NCBI GenBank assembly: GCA_050633245.1
Contig: JBOEGD010000011.1
Coordinates: 64,001 to 128,000 of the forward strand
Direction: 5' to 3'
Origin: Calditrichia bacterium
Lineage (GTDB): Bacteria > Calditrichota > Calditrichia > RBG-13-44-9 > J075
DNA: 64,000 bases
Both the position numbers and the translations under genes were made by a program. Shown piece by piece: positions 30,446-39,195 of the stretch. Under the pieces are notes generated by a model, which saw only the letters and a list, made by a program, of their open reading frames with translations, searched no databases and was not told the DNA's origin. Within the stretch, counting starts at the first letter, position 1. Every line of letters starts with the position of its first letter.

Positions 30446-31198
30446 TTAACGAATCAGCCCGGCCTGTCTAAAGTCTGCAGTTGTTGCTCCAGGTTCCAAA
30501 CCAGATGCAAAAACGCGCTCAATAGCCATTCTCTCAAACTCTACGAATGAATCTGAACTACCCAGTTGTGGATTAGCCATGGTGGCTCCGGGTACGCTGG
30601 TTTGGCTAACGTGACACAGGCCTAAGGCATGGCCAACTTCGTGCACGTGAGACGTTCCAGGGAAATTCGGCCCCTGATAGGTTTGCACGCTGATAAAAAC
30701 AGCGCCATTGGTAACAGTAGGCACGGCGCATCCCTGGCTATTACCATCACAACGGGCAGAGACCTGGTTTCCGCCAAAATCTGCCGACGTTATCTCATTT
30801 GTTCCTGCCACCGGATCTGCACTTGTGCTTGTATCGATTGTAATTACAAAAAAGCCGTCTATGAGATCATTGAAAATGGCAATTTCTCGTTCAAGCGCGA
30901 TTCTGCCCTCATCTGCTACGCTGGAACCGATTATCAATCGAATTTGAGATCCTTTTTCAAAAGTTCGCCAAATCCCTTCAGTATGCCCACCGCCGATATC
31001 TTCAATGCAACCACCACCGGCGCTGGCACGCCCGGTGCCAAGAAACAATGTTTCGATAACATCTTCAATAGTAACGTCTTCAGGACCAATTGGCTCAGTG
31101 GAGTCACATTGCGGCAACAAGATGGAGAGTAATAAAATACTGAGGTAAATAGTAATACGCTCAGTTGAACGTAGCTTTTTTTCTAACATAACGGTCAT
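30446..31198 (-). CDS. Metzincin-type zinc metallopeptidase, probable lipoprotein
   Basis: HEVGHALGLCH zinc motif followed by Met-turn-like ATM. Confidence 0.8.
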   Translation of the reverse strand: MTVMLEKKLRSTERITIYLSILLLSILLPQCDSTEPIGPEDVTIEDVIETLFLGTGRASAGGGCIEDIGGGHTEGIWRTFEKGSQIRLIIGSSVADEGRIALEREIAIFNDLIDGFFVITIDTSTSADPVAGTNEITSADFGGNQVSARCDGNSQGCAVPTVTNGAVFISVQTYQGPNFPGTSHVHEVGHALGLCHVSQTSVPGATMANPQLGSSDSFVEFERMAIERVFASGLEPGATTADFRQAGLIR

Positions 31199-31398
31199 CC
31201 CTATTTAATTAACTAAGCAGAATCAGACTTTTTTATCAAATTTTAATGTCAAAACAATGAAGGCAAACGATTCTCTGACTTTAAGCTGGGTTGGGTTTCC
31301 GGAAATGATTCTGCTTTAAGCTAAGAAGAGTATCGAAAGGAATCTATAACTCATTTCTGGACTCTGGATGAATGGCAAGGTACTCCACCAGTGTAATA

Positions 31399-32418
31399 TT
31401 ATTTCCTGATATAGGGGAAATTTCCACTCTTTGGGATCTCTAAGTGTCCTTTTGAAGCTAAAATATTTGTCGCATCAGTATATATCAGGTGATACCACCA
31501 AATAAAGAATTCTTCGAACGTAATTTCATCAGCGTATCCGGTTTCATAATAAACCTTATTCATGTATTCACGATTGTCATTAAGGATTGAAAGTAATTTT
31601 GGAAGGTACGCATCGGCCATCTTCCGAAAGGCGATATTGTCTTTGGCACTTACTACAGGTGCATTATGGAGTATTGAATCCTTAAAGGCTGAATCAGACC
31701 TTAATCTCTTTGCGAATGTTATGCGGTTATTTCCATATACGCTGTAAGATATTGTATCATTTATTTTTCCAAACTTATTTCCATATATACCAAATTTTTC
31801 CTTTGGGTAATTTGGATTTTGGATGATGCTATAATAATAATGTTTACCATGCCTTTCAGGTCTATTGTCTTTTTGTAAAAAATCTCTTTCTACATTATTT
31901 ATTTGCCAATTGTCCAATAAAACATTGCTCAATATCAGAAATGACATCGTTGAGAAAGGTTGAATTTTTGACAACTCAGTTGTCACATATAACTTTATTG
32001 TATTCAGAATTTCTTCCTCAACCGATTTTGCAATCATTTCTGAAATGGGCTTTGCAAGCTCCATGAGTTTTAGCCCTTCAGCATTCGAAGCAATAAAAAC
32101 AGTTGGTCTTAAATCATCTTTGTTATGCAACCAATTTTTTGATGTCAGCAGGTCTATTTTATTTTGAGTAAGGCTATCTGTCCACCCGGCTTTTTTTTGA
32201 AAAGATTTAACATCTATTTTATGATGCAGAGAAACGAGGAATAAATCTATACTATCTTTTCTTGAACGAAAATCGGGGAAATTGTCGCCGCGTGATATCA
32301 AGCTATGTTCATACTTTGAACTAAATATTTCATTCAGACTCAGCTCATTAGTCGTGACTTCTTGATTGCAAGAAAATGAAATAATTAAGAGTAAAGGGAT
32401 AATGTATCTCATTAGCAT
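31399..32418 (-). CDS. Hypothetical lipoprotein (AT-rich gene)
   Basis: 339-aa ORF, lipobox SFSC, C-terminal ITFEEFFIWWYH. Confidence 0.75.
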   Translation of the reverse strand: MLMRYIIPLLLIISFSCNQEVTTNELSLNEIFSSKYEHSLISRGDNFPDFRSRKDSIDLFLVSLHHKIDVKSFQKKAGWTDSLTQNKIDLLTSKNWLHNKDDLRPTVFIASNAEGLKLMELAKPISEMIAKSVEEEILNTIKLYVTTELSKIQPFSTMSFLILSNVLLDNWQINNVERDFLQKDNRPERHGKHYYYSIIQNPNYPKEKFGIYGNKFGKINDTISYSVYGNNRITFAKRLRSDSAFKDSILHNAPVVSAKDNIAFRKMADAYLPKLLSILNDNREYMNKVYYETGYADEITFEEFFIWWYHLIYTDATNILASKGHLEIPKSGNFPYIRK

Positions 32419-32538
32419 TCCTTTGTATAGTTCATACGGTACAGACTATTTTCAAATCAGAAGTGGAAGTGTTTAATCGAATGAAGGGGATTATTTTTAC
32501 CCGGGCACACAATAAAATTAATCCAGAATACAAGCATT

Positions 32539-32565
32539 TACGCTGTCGGCCCAAGAAATGTTACA
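32539..32565 (-). promoter_or_regulatory. Candidate ECF-sigma promoter
   Basis: Minus strand TGTAAC-N17-CGTA ~120 nt upstream of 32418. Confidence 0.4.
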
Positions 32566-32619
32566 AGGCTGTGTGAATATCCAATGTAATAGCGGTTGAT
32601 AGAAGGGGAGTAGACGAAA

Positions 32620-32678
32620 AAACTGGAGCAGTTTTCAAAACTGCTCCAGTTTTAGAATAGAAAAAGTCCTCACCACGT
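32620..32678. repeat. 59-bp direct repeat, left copy (contains REP-like palindrome copy 3)
   Basis: AAACTGGAGCAGTTTTCAAAACTGCTCCAGTTTTAGAATAGAAAAAGTCCTCACCACGT identical to 36122-36180. Confidence 0.97.
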
Positions 32679-32967
32679 AGATTGTAATTTAGAATTTTTC
32701 TTTCAGTCTGATTGAGCCCGTTACCAAAATTGAAACCACCTTCTCTAAAATGGAGTGACAATTGTATCTCCTTAGCTGGCTTTCCCAGCGTATGGCTTCC
32801 GGATTAGAGGAAAAAAAAGAGCGGGGTAGATGACTTCTGAAAAGTTTTCACTATAATAAACTAAAGTCATTGGTAGATTCATATGCGTCAACCATTAGAA
32901 GCTGGCAAAAAGAGTTTTTTAAATATCACTCCCGAATTAAGAACTTAACAATGCATAGGGCCCTATT

Positions 32968-35900
32968 ATGGATTGGTTCTATCTACAACCTTTTTCACTC
33001 CTGGCTCTAACCCAGTCAATTATAGCATTCTTTATCATGCTTTACCTTCTGAGCGTAAAAAAGAAGAGCAGTGCCACCTGGATGCTGGCACTGGCAATCG
33101 GCGCATTTGGTCTGTTCTGGGGAATAAAGTTTATCGATTACAGTGAATCCGGACTGTCGCCGCTGCCTATTTCTCTTAACCCTCTAGACGGCATGATGAT
33201 AGGAATTTGCTTCTTCGGATTTTTCCACTTTGCTTATGCTTTTCTGGGGAACCCATACCCTCGGGAATCGAAGATCGCTCTGGGGCTGACGCTATCTTTT
33301 ATTAGCATTCATATGTTTTTGGGCTTCCATCAGGCAATAACACAGCTGGATTCTTCAAACATCATGGAGTTTATCCTCACCATTGGCTATCTCCTGATGA
33401 TCTGTTGGGCAACAGCGGTTTTCCTGCGTAAAAGACACATTCTCCTGAACGCTTCAGGAGAAAGGCCGAATTGGCTGGTATCAACAGGTGAGGGAGAAGC
33501 TCAGGCATTAAGAGCCTTTGCGCTATTAACCTTTTGTATCATGCTGCTGACATTGCCGGGATTTTTAACCGGAGCAAATTCTTCACCTTTATGGGTTGCC
33601 TATGTTGAATATTTGGGTCAGGTGACCCTTCTAATTGCTTTTGTCGTCGTTTATATCAATCATGCCGCAGAACCGACTACGTTTTTATTAAAGCTGACCG
33701 GTCTGTCCTTAACCACTATTCTGGTTGTGCTGGGTCTTGCCTCTATGATGCTTTTTCCTAATGCCGAATTGGTTCTCTATAAGACAACCGGCTCTCCTCA
33801 TGCATACAACACACCGATTCCGGAGCTGAAGTCGATGCGCTTTACACCAAATGCACATGGAGGTTACTCTACGGTGTTTATACCGCGATCCTATGATCCG
33901 GATATTGGCGATAATCTTGAGATTGGTGTGGAAGGTGATTCCCTTGTTGAGCTGGATTTTAGCTTTCCGTTTTATGATACTTCCTGGGATGAAATCTATA
34001 TTGACTCAAATGGACTTATAACATTCGGCGGAGCATACCGCAGCACCAGCTTTCAGTCGTTTTTTGATGACGCGCTACCTAAAATTGCACCGTATTATCG
34101 AGCTTTGGTTCCTCTGAGTTCAGAGGGGAGCGGGGTCTTCTATAAAAGCGAAGTTGATCGAGCGACTGTCACCTGGTACCGCGTCCGTGAGCGCTATGAT
34201 GCTGTAGCCGACAATGAGAATACATTTCAGTTGGTGTTACATCGCAGTGGAGACATAGATTTCATTTATGATAGAATGGAAGCTTTACCGTTAAATGGCT
34301 ATCGCGGCCTGAGGCCGGGCGGATCAAACGTTAAGTTGGAAGAAAGCCAATTTTCCCTTTCCTCCTCAGAGTCGATTACCAATGCTATACTTCCTGAGGC
34401 AATGACTATCCGGTTTGAACCGGTCATGGAAGGGGAGTATCGTATATCGCAGCTTCCTGGTCAGTTTGACCCTGAACTGGGTGAAAACCTCCAGTTGCGA
34501 AACAGGGATGACAGTACTGTTTCGGTAGGATTTCCTTTTCACTTTTTCGGTATTTCTCATGATAAAATTATCATCAATGATAATGGTATTGTATCCTTTG
34601 GACGGTCACTATATCTACCGGATGGCTCATGGTTCGATCCATTTCTTCAGTCTTACTCTGAAATCCCCATTATTGCCCCCTTTTTTGCAGACCTGATTCC
34701 AGGGGGAACCGGCGGTGTGTATTTCAAACAATATAAAGAGAGTTTCACTGTTACATGGAAACGACTTCCGGTATTGGGGCGGTTGGCACGAAATACGATT
34801 CAACTTGTACTCCACAACAACGGAACGATTGACTTTACGTATAAAGCAATCGGCCCAGCTTCTTTCGCTGTAGACCTTTGGGGTCTTTACCCAGGCGATG
34901 GTCGATCGCCTATTGATGCCGTTCGCTATCTGACCGCTGTACATTCAAGTGCAGGAAAGTCTGGGGGCGGGCTATTTGAGGATTTCTACAGATCCTGGGG
35001 CCTCGCCTCGCTTCAATACAGGCATGAACGAATGCTGCCGTTTTTTTACGTTATTATTGGAAGCACTGTATTCATTCTTCTTGTTTTTCCCTTTCTGTTT
35101 CTAATCAGCCTTGTATGGCCATTAAATGCTTTACTAAAAGGTGTTCGTCTGGTTGATGCTGGAGATCTGAATACCAACGTTCCGGTTCGAATAAATGATG
35201 AAATCGGTGTTCTGGCCCAGAACTTTAACCGAATGACAACCTCCTTAAGAACTGCAGAAGAGCAGCTGACGGCTTATGCTGAAGGACTCGAAGGAAAAGT
35301 CGCTGAGCGAACTGCCGACCTTCAGGATGCGCTTAGAAGCTTAACCGAAACCCAGGACAGGTTAATCCACGCGGAAAAAATGGCCTCTCTCGGTCAGCTA
35401 ACAGCTGGAATCGCTCATGAGATCAAAAATCCACTTAACTTTGTTAATAATTTTGCCGGGCTTTCCGTTAAACTGGCAGATGAATTAATGGAAACACTGG
35501 CTGAAGGTGAATCTGTCGAAGATGTTGTTGAAGTCCTGAAAGAGAATGCCGGCAGGATCGAAGCTCACGGTAAACGAGCCGTTGATATTGTTCAGAAAAT
35601 GATGCAGCATGCTTCTGCCCAATCAGATCACCGTGAAATTACAGATATTAATCACCTTGTTTCAATGAGCGTAGATTTGGCATATCACGGAATGAAATCT
35701 CAATTTACAGGTTTTGAGGTTCAAATTCACCGCGAGTTGGGTACTGATGTCGGTGAATTGGAAGTAATGCCACAAGGGCTTAATCGCGTTGTTTTAAACC
35801 TGCTCTCAAATGCCTTCGATGCGGTTCATGAGCAAGCCGCCGCGACTGATGCGGATTATGTTGCAAGCGTAACGGTCTTTACCGCTCGCAAGAAAGACCG

Positions 35901-36123
35901 GGTTGAAATCCGGATTTCTGATAATGGGACGGGGATTCCATTAAAAAATCACGAGAAGATATTTGAGCCATTCTTTACCACAAAGCCCACTGGAACCGGA
36001 ATTGGCTTTGGCCTCTCGCTGTCGTATGACATCATTACTCAGGGGCATGGTGGAACGCTTACGATGGAAAGTGAAGAAGGAAAGAAGACAACCTTTTCAA
36101 TTACATTACCAGTTAGTGCATAA
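32968..36123 (+). CDS. Sensor histidine kinase: multi-TM N-terminus, two nidogen(NIDO)-like repeats, TM, HAMP, HisKA, HATPase
   Basis: Two repeats F.FPFY/FF...I.I..NG.I/VSFG...IAPF/Y..L...TF/IQLVLH..G.IDF.Y; DEIG.LA.NFNRM; EKMASLGQLTAGIAHEIKNPLNF; IFEPFFTTKP.G.G.GFGLS. Confidence 0.92.
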   Translation: MDWFYLQPFSLLALTQSIIAFFIMLYLLSVKKKSSATWMLALAIGAFGLFWGIKFIDYSESGLSPLPISLNPLDGMMIGICFFGFFHFAYAFLGNPYPRESKIALGLTLSFISIHMFLGFHQAITQLDSSNIMEFILTIGYLLMICWATAVFLRKRHILLNASGERPNWLVSTGEGEAQALRAFALLTFCIMLLTLPGFLTGANSSPLWVAYVEYLGQVTLLIAFVVVYINHAAEPTTFLLKLTGLSLTTILVVLGLASMMLFPNAELVLYKTTGSPHAYNTPIPELKSMRFTPNAHGGYSTVFIPRSYDPDIGDNLEIGVEGDSLVELDFSFPFYDTSWDEIYIDSNGLITFGGAYRSTSFQSFFDDALPKIAPYYRALVPLSSEGSGVFYKSEVDRATVTWYRVRERYDAVADNENTFQLVLHRSGDIDFIYDRMEALPLNGYRGLRPGGSNVKLEESQFSLSSSESITNAILPEAMTIRFEPVMEGEYRISQLPGQFDPELGENLQLRNRDDSTVSVGFPFHFFGISHDKIIINDNGIVSFGRSLYLPDGSWFDPFLQSYSEIPIIAPFFADLIPGGTGGVYFKQYKESFTVTWKRLPVLGRLARNTIQLVLHNNGTIDFTYKAIGPASFAVDLWGLYPGDGRSPIDAVRYLTAVHSSAGKSGGGLFEDFYRSWGLASLQYRHERMLPFFYVIIGSTVFILLVFPFLFLISLVWPLNALLKGVRLVDAGDLNTNVPVRINDEIGVLAQNFNRMTTSLRTAEEQLTAYAEGLEGKVAERTADLQDALRSLTETQDRLIHAEKMASLGQLTAGIAHEIKNPLNFVNNFAGLSVKLADELMETLAEGESVEDVVEVLKENAGRIEAHGKRAVDIVQKMMQHASAQSDHREITDINHLVSMSVDLAYHGMKSQFTGFEVQIHRELGTDVGELEVMPQGLNRVVLNLLSNAFDAVHEQAAATDADYVASVTVFTARKKDRVEIRISDNGTGIPLKNHEKIFEPFFTTKPTGTGIGFGLSLSYDIITQGHGGTLTMESEEGKKTTFSITLPVSA

Positions 36124-36180
36124 ACTGGAGCAGTTTTCAAAACTGCTCCAGTTTTAGAATAGAAAAAGTCCTCACCACGT
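36122..36180. repeat. 59-bp direct repeat, right copy (contains REP-like palindrome copy 4)
   Basis: Identical to 32620-32678; overlaps kinase stop codon. Confidence 0.97.
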
Positions 36181-36201
36181 TGATGTGATGAGGACTTTTT
36201 T
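36163..36201. terminator. Terminator-like hairpin T2
   Basis: AAAAAGTCCTCACCAC-GTTGAT-GTGATGAGGACTTTTTT; pairs better (G-U) on the minus strand. Confidence 0.8.
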
Positions 36202-36234
36202 GTGCTCCCTTCATGGACGATTTTCGAACTTTTT
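36200..36234. repeat. att-like arm P, copy A (resembles a tRNA 3' end on minus strand)
   Basis: TTGTGCTCCCTTCATGGACGATTTTCGAACTTTTT; differs from 36961-36996 by 1 indel and 1 substitution. Confidence 0.9.
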
Positions 36235-36318
36235 AAATTCGGACTTATCGCTAATTGGCTGTGACAGCTACTTTTAATTTAGCTACCTTTATATTGCTAA
36301 TATAATTATATTATACTC

Positions 36319-36603
36319 ATGGAATATTTGCGTTTTGAATGGGATAAAAACAAAAGCCGGGTAAATAAGAACAAGCATGGCATCTCATTCGAAGAAGCTA
36401 AAACAGTCTTTTATGACGAATATGCCAAGCTGATTCCCGACCCGGATCATTCACTAGAAGAAGAAAGATTCATTTTACTTGGGCTAAGTAGTGTGTTGCG
36501 GATGCTGGTTGTTGTTCATATATACAAGGAAGAGGATGAATTAATTCGTATAATATCAGCGCGAAAGGCAACCAAAAAAGAAATAACTATTTATCAAAGG
36601 TAA
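36319..36603 (+). CDS. brnT: BrnT family toxin
   Basis: FEWD..K...N..KHGISFEEA..VF.D, HS..EERF..LG, RIISARKAT. Confidence 0.95.
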   Translation: MEYLRFEWDKNKSRVNKNKHGISFEEAKTVFYDEYAKLIPDPDHSLEEERFILLGLSSVLRMLVVVHIYKEEDELIRIISARKATKKEITIYQR

Positions 36604-36608
36604 GCTAT

Positions 36609-36833
36609 ATGAGAAAAGAATACGATTTTTCGCAGGCGGCCAAGAATCCTTATGCTAAAAAGCTCAAGAGGCAAATTACTATACGGATAGAGAACGAAAC
36701 GATCGAGTATTTCAAAAGATTAGCTGTAGAAACAGATATACCCTATCAAAAACTGATTAATCTGTTTTTGCGGGATTGCGCGCAGAATAACATTAAGCCA
36801 TCAATCTCCTGGAAAAAAGTGCAGCCCTCCTGA
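36609..36833 (+). CDS. brnA: BrnA/CopG-type ribbon-helix-helix antitoxin
   Basis: MRKEYDFS...NPY, ITIRI...IEYFK, PYQ.LIN..LR; directly after brnT. Confidence 0.92.
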   Translation: MRKEYDFSQAAKNPYAKKLKRQITIRIENETIEYFKRLAVETDIPYQKLINLFLRDCAQNNIKPSISWKKVQPS

Positions 36834-36901
36834 ATCAAAGTTACCTCTTCCGGCCTTCGCTTTTAAGAGCTCTTGGAATACTTGATTAAAGAGTAAAGGT
36901 G

Positions 36902-36997
36902 ATTCTCCCTGCCAAGTATAAAAAGCTCCAAGTCGTTATATTTAAATGGCTTGGGGTAAATTGTGCTCCCCTTCATGGACGATCTTCGAACTTTTTT
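36902..36997. repeat. Hybrid junction B: terminator arm T (57/67 identical to 38918-38984) fused at GCTC to arm P
   Basis: ATTCTCCCTGCCAAG...CTTGGGGTAAATTGT-GCTC-CCCTTCATGGACGATCTTCGAACTTTTTT. Confidence 0.9.
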
Positions 36998-37410
36998 GAG
37001 GGCGGTTTGAGCATAGCTGGTATATTTATTTCAACAAAAGCATTTGTCTTACTTTTGGAAACTTTCTTCATTTAGCATTTACAGGTGTCGCAAAGAACCG
37101 AAAGAAATATATGCCATTCGCGTATTTCGAAAGAGGACATTTGGAGACTACTCAGATCGTCAAAATTGTCAGCTCTGTATAGCATTCCAGATGGGCTTAT
37201 TATTAAACGTTGGCAATAGTTTTGAGCCAATTATGAGAAAAAACTGCTAATTCTGTATCTTTATTGTTATTATTGTAATAACTCCCCACAATAAATGCTC
37301 TGAACATTAGTTGGAGATATGCCGCTTAAGAGTAGGTGTGCTTCAGCATCGAAACGCTTGAATGAGGGCCTCGGGCTTCTTCTTCAACTTAATAAGATGG
37401 GGAGAGACTT

Positions 37411-38832
37411 ATGAAACTGCGCTTGAAATTCGGTAAATCATTTTCAATGCTCAACGTTCTGGTTGTATTTACTTTGAGCATGCCTAATCTTATGCTCGCA
37501 CAAGTAGTATTCAAAGACGCTGCTTTGGACTCAAATAAACTGAGAACTTATATTAACAATCGCGGTAGCATTAGTAGTCCTGATCCCTGGGGGGTAAGGT
37601 GGCCTTATCGAACGACGAACGTTTTGGATTATGCTTTTGAAATGGGGCTACTTGTAGGTGGTGAAGTCTTCGATATAAATGGCGATACAGTGCAAATCGT
37701 TAACGATGGCTTAAAACCGGGTTCGGGAGGTGAATATGATCCTGTGTCCGGTGATCCCTGGGGCTGGCTACCAGAGAGTGGCTATGATAATCCAAACCAG
37801 GGATCTGTTGCATTGAGTGATGACTCCTTAAGCTGGCCTGCAAATTGGTCTGCCTGGCCCGGAGTCAATGGCCAGGGAACTCAATCTGCCGATCTTGAAT
37901 CAATCTGGTCAATAACAGATAGTTCGAATAAAGAATTTGAATATTATCCTTTCCCTGGTGATTCCTCCATAAGAGGTTTGGGGCTCAGGGTTGTATGTCG
38001 CGGTTTCCAATGGAGTGCTCCACAATACGAAGACATAACCATCTTCACGTATGATATAAAAAATATGAGCTCTAAGCCCCTAAACAAGCTTTGGGTTGGT
38101 TTGTATTCAGATCCAAGCATAGGAGGACCAAATGATTTTGCAGATGATTTGGCAAATTATGATTCAACCGAACAACTGATCTACAGCTGGGACTCCAATG
38201 GGATAGGTGATGGTGGAATCTCTCCGAGCGTCCTTGCATTTGCCATTTTGGAATCTCCTAACAATGTTGGTCTGACCTCTGTGAGGGCTGTTCCTTTCGG
38301 AGCTGTAAATAGACCAAGAGATGATGAAAGAACCTGGGAGTTGATGAAGCCGGATTCATTTAACGTGCTTTCACAGAGCTCTGATGTGGTTCTATTTTTC
38401 GGTTCCGGTTATTTTTCATTACAACCCGGTGAGATTCAGAAGTACGCTTTTGCTCTAATGGTAAGCGATATTTATCAAAATGCTGCCGAGGCTCGCAACG
38501 CATATCAAGGTATTCTGACAGGACTACATGATACTAGCAATTCAGCGATATCAAGGCATTTTACTCTACATTTCAGTTATCCGAATCCATTTAACCCAGC
38601 TACAACAATCAGTTTTAGTTTAAAAAAACAAGCTGATATACAGTTAGAGATATATAGTATTACTGGAGAGATTGTGCGCACACTAGTGAATACAAATAGT
38701 AGTGTCGGAAGACATCAAGTTATCTGGGACGGCATGAATGACGACGGGATGAAAGTCTCATCAGGTGTGTACTTATATCGTCTTAAGAGTGAAAACTTTT
38801 TTCAATCGAGAAAAATGGTTTTGTTACGATAA
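37411..38832 (+). CDS. Secreted protein with C-terminal FlgD-Ig/T9SS-like domain
   Basis: Signal peptide, WP..W..WPG, ADLES, GLGLRV..RGFQW, YDIKN, SYPNPFNPATTI...SGVYLYRL...RKMVLLR. Confidence 0.85.
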   Translation: MKLRLKFGKSFSMLNVLVVFTLSMPNLMLAQVVFKDAALDSNKLRTYINNRGSISSPDPWGVRWPYRTTNVLDYAFEMGLLVGGEVFDINGDTVQIVNDGLKPGSGGEYDPVSGDPWGWLPESGYDNPNQGSVALSDDSLSWPANWSAWPGVNGQGTQSADLESIWSITDSSNKEFEYYPFPGDSSIRGLGLRVVCRGFQWSAPQYEDITIFTYDIKNMSSKPLNKLWVGLYSDPSIGGPNDFADDLANYDSTEQLIYSWDSNGIGDGGISPSVLAFAILESPNNVGLTSVRAVPFGAVNRPRDDERTWELMKPDSFNVLSQSSDVVLFFGSGYFSLQPGEIQKYAFALMVSDIYQNAAEARNAYQGILTGLHDTSNSAISRHFTLHFSYPNPFNPATTISFSLKKQADIQLEIYSITGEIVRTLVNTNSSVGRHQVIWDGMNDDGMKVSSGVYLYRLKSENFFQSRKMVLLR

Positions 38833-38934
38833 CTTCAAACGACCATAAGGGTGCGTAAACCAATTATAGAGGCTGGATTCTTATTCTAATATTAGAGAGA
38901 AGAGTAGAACTCTTTAAATTCTCCCTACCAAGAA

Positions 38935-38973
38935 TAAAAAACCCCAAGCCATTATGTTTAAATGACTTGGGGT
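38935..38973 (-). terminator. Intrinsic terminator of tRNA-Asn (arm T)
   Basis: Minus strand ACCCCAAGTCATT...AATGGCTTGGGGT followed by T-run. Confidence 0.85.
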
Positions 38974-38981
38974 AAATGGAG

Positions 38982-39053
38982 CTCGGGAGGAGGGATTTGA
39001 ACCCCCGACCTAGTGGTTAACAGCCACCCGCTCTACCACTGAGCTACTCCCGA
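38982..39053 (-). tRNA. tRNA-Asn (GTT), CCA not encoded in register
   Basis: TCGGGAG/CTCCCGA acceptor stem, GCTC/GAGC D-stem, GGTGG-CTGTTAA-CCACT anticodon arm, GGTTCAAATCC T-arm, discriminator G then CTCCA. Confidence 0.97.
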
Positions 39054-39082
39054 ATGTTCCCTTGTTCATATAAGAGAGGCAA

Positions 39083-39111
39083 AATATAGGCTATCGTCTT
39101 AGCATTGTCAA
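39083..39111 (-). promoter_or_regulatory. Sigma70-type promoter of tRNA-Asn
   Basis: TTGACA-N17-TATATT on minus strand. Confidence 0.8.
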
Positions 39112-39131
39112 GAAAAAGTTTATGCTTTTAT

Positions 39132-39166
39132 AAAAAAACGGCCCCTAAACTTCGAGGCCGTTTTTA
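39132..39166. terminator. Intrinsic terminator downstream of the CBM48-like gene
   Basis: AAAAAACGGCC...GGCCGTTTTT. Confidence 0.75.
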
Positions 39167-39195
39167 ATATTAGACATGTTGCGAAAAGACGCTAC

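Larger units (their letters stand above)
36204..36968. mobile_element. Putative non-autonomous integrative mini-cassette 2 (761-bp period) carrying BrnTA
   Basis: Bounded by GCTC cores at 36204 and 36965; left end arm P, right end arm T; no recombinase gene. Confidence 0.6.
36965..38984. mobile_element. Putative non-autonomous integrative mini-cassette 1 (2016-bp period) at the tRNA-Asn 3' end
   Basis: Bounded by GCTC cores at 36965 and 38981; same P and T arm families as cassette 2; single cargo gene; no recombinase gene. Confidence 0.6.

Noticed and set aside
31215-31316. 11-bp inverted repeat AAGCAGAATCA/TGATTCTGCTT as a MITE
   Set aside because: No target-site duplication and no second copy in the window.
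37044-37250. 68-aa ORF inside cassette 1 as a recombinase remnant or directionality factor
   Set aside because: TTG start without SD and no recognisable motif in the frames I read.
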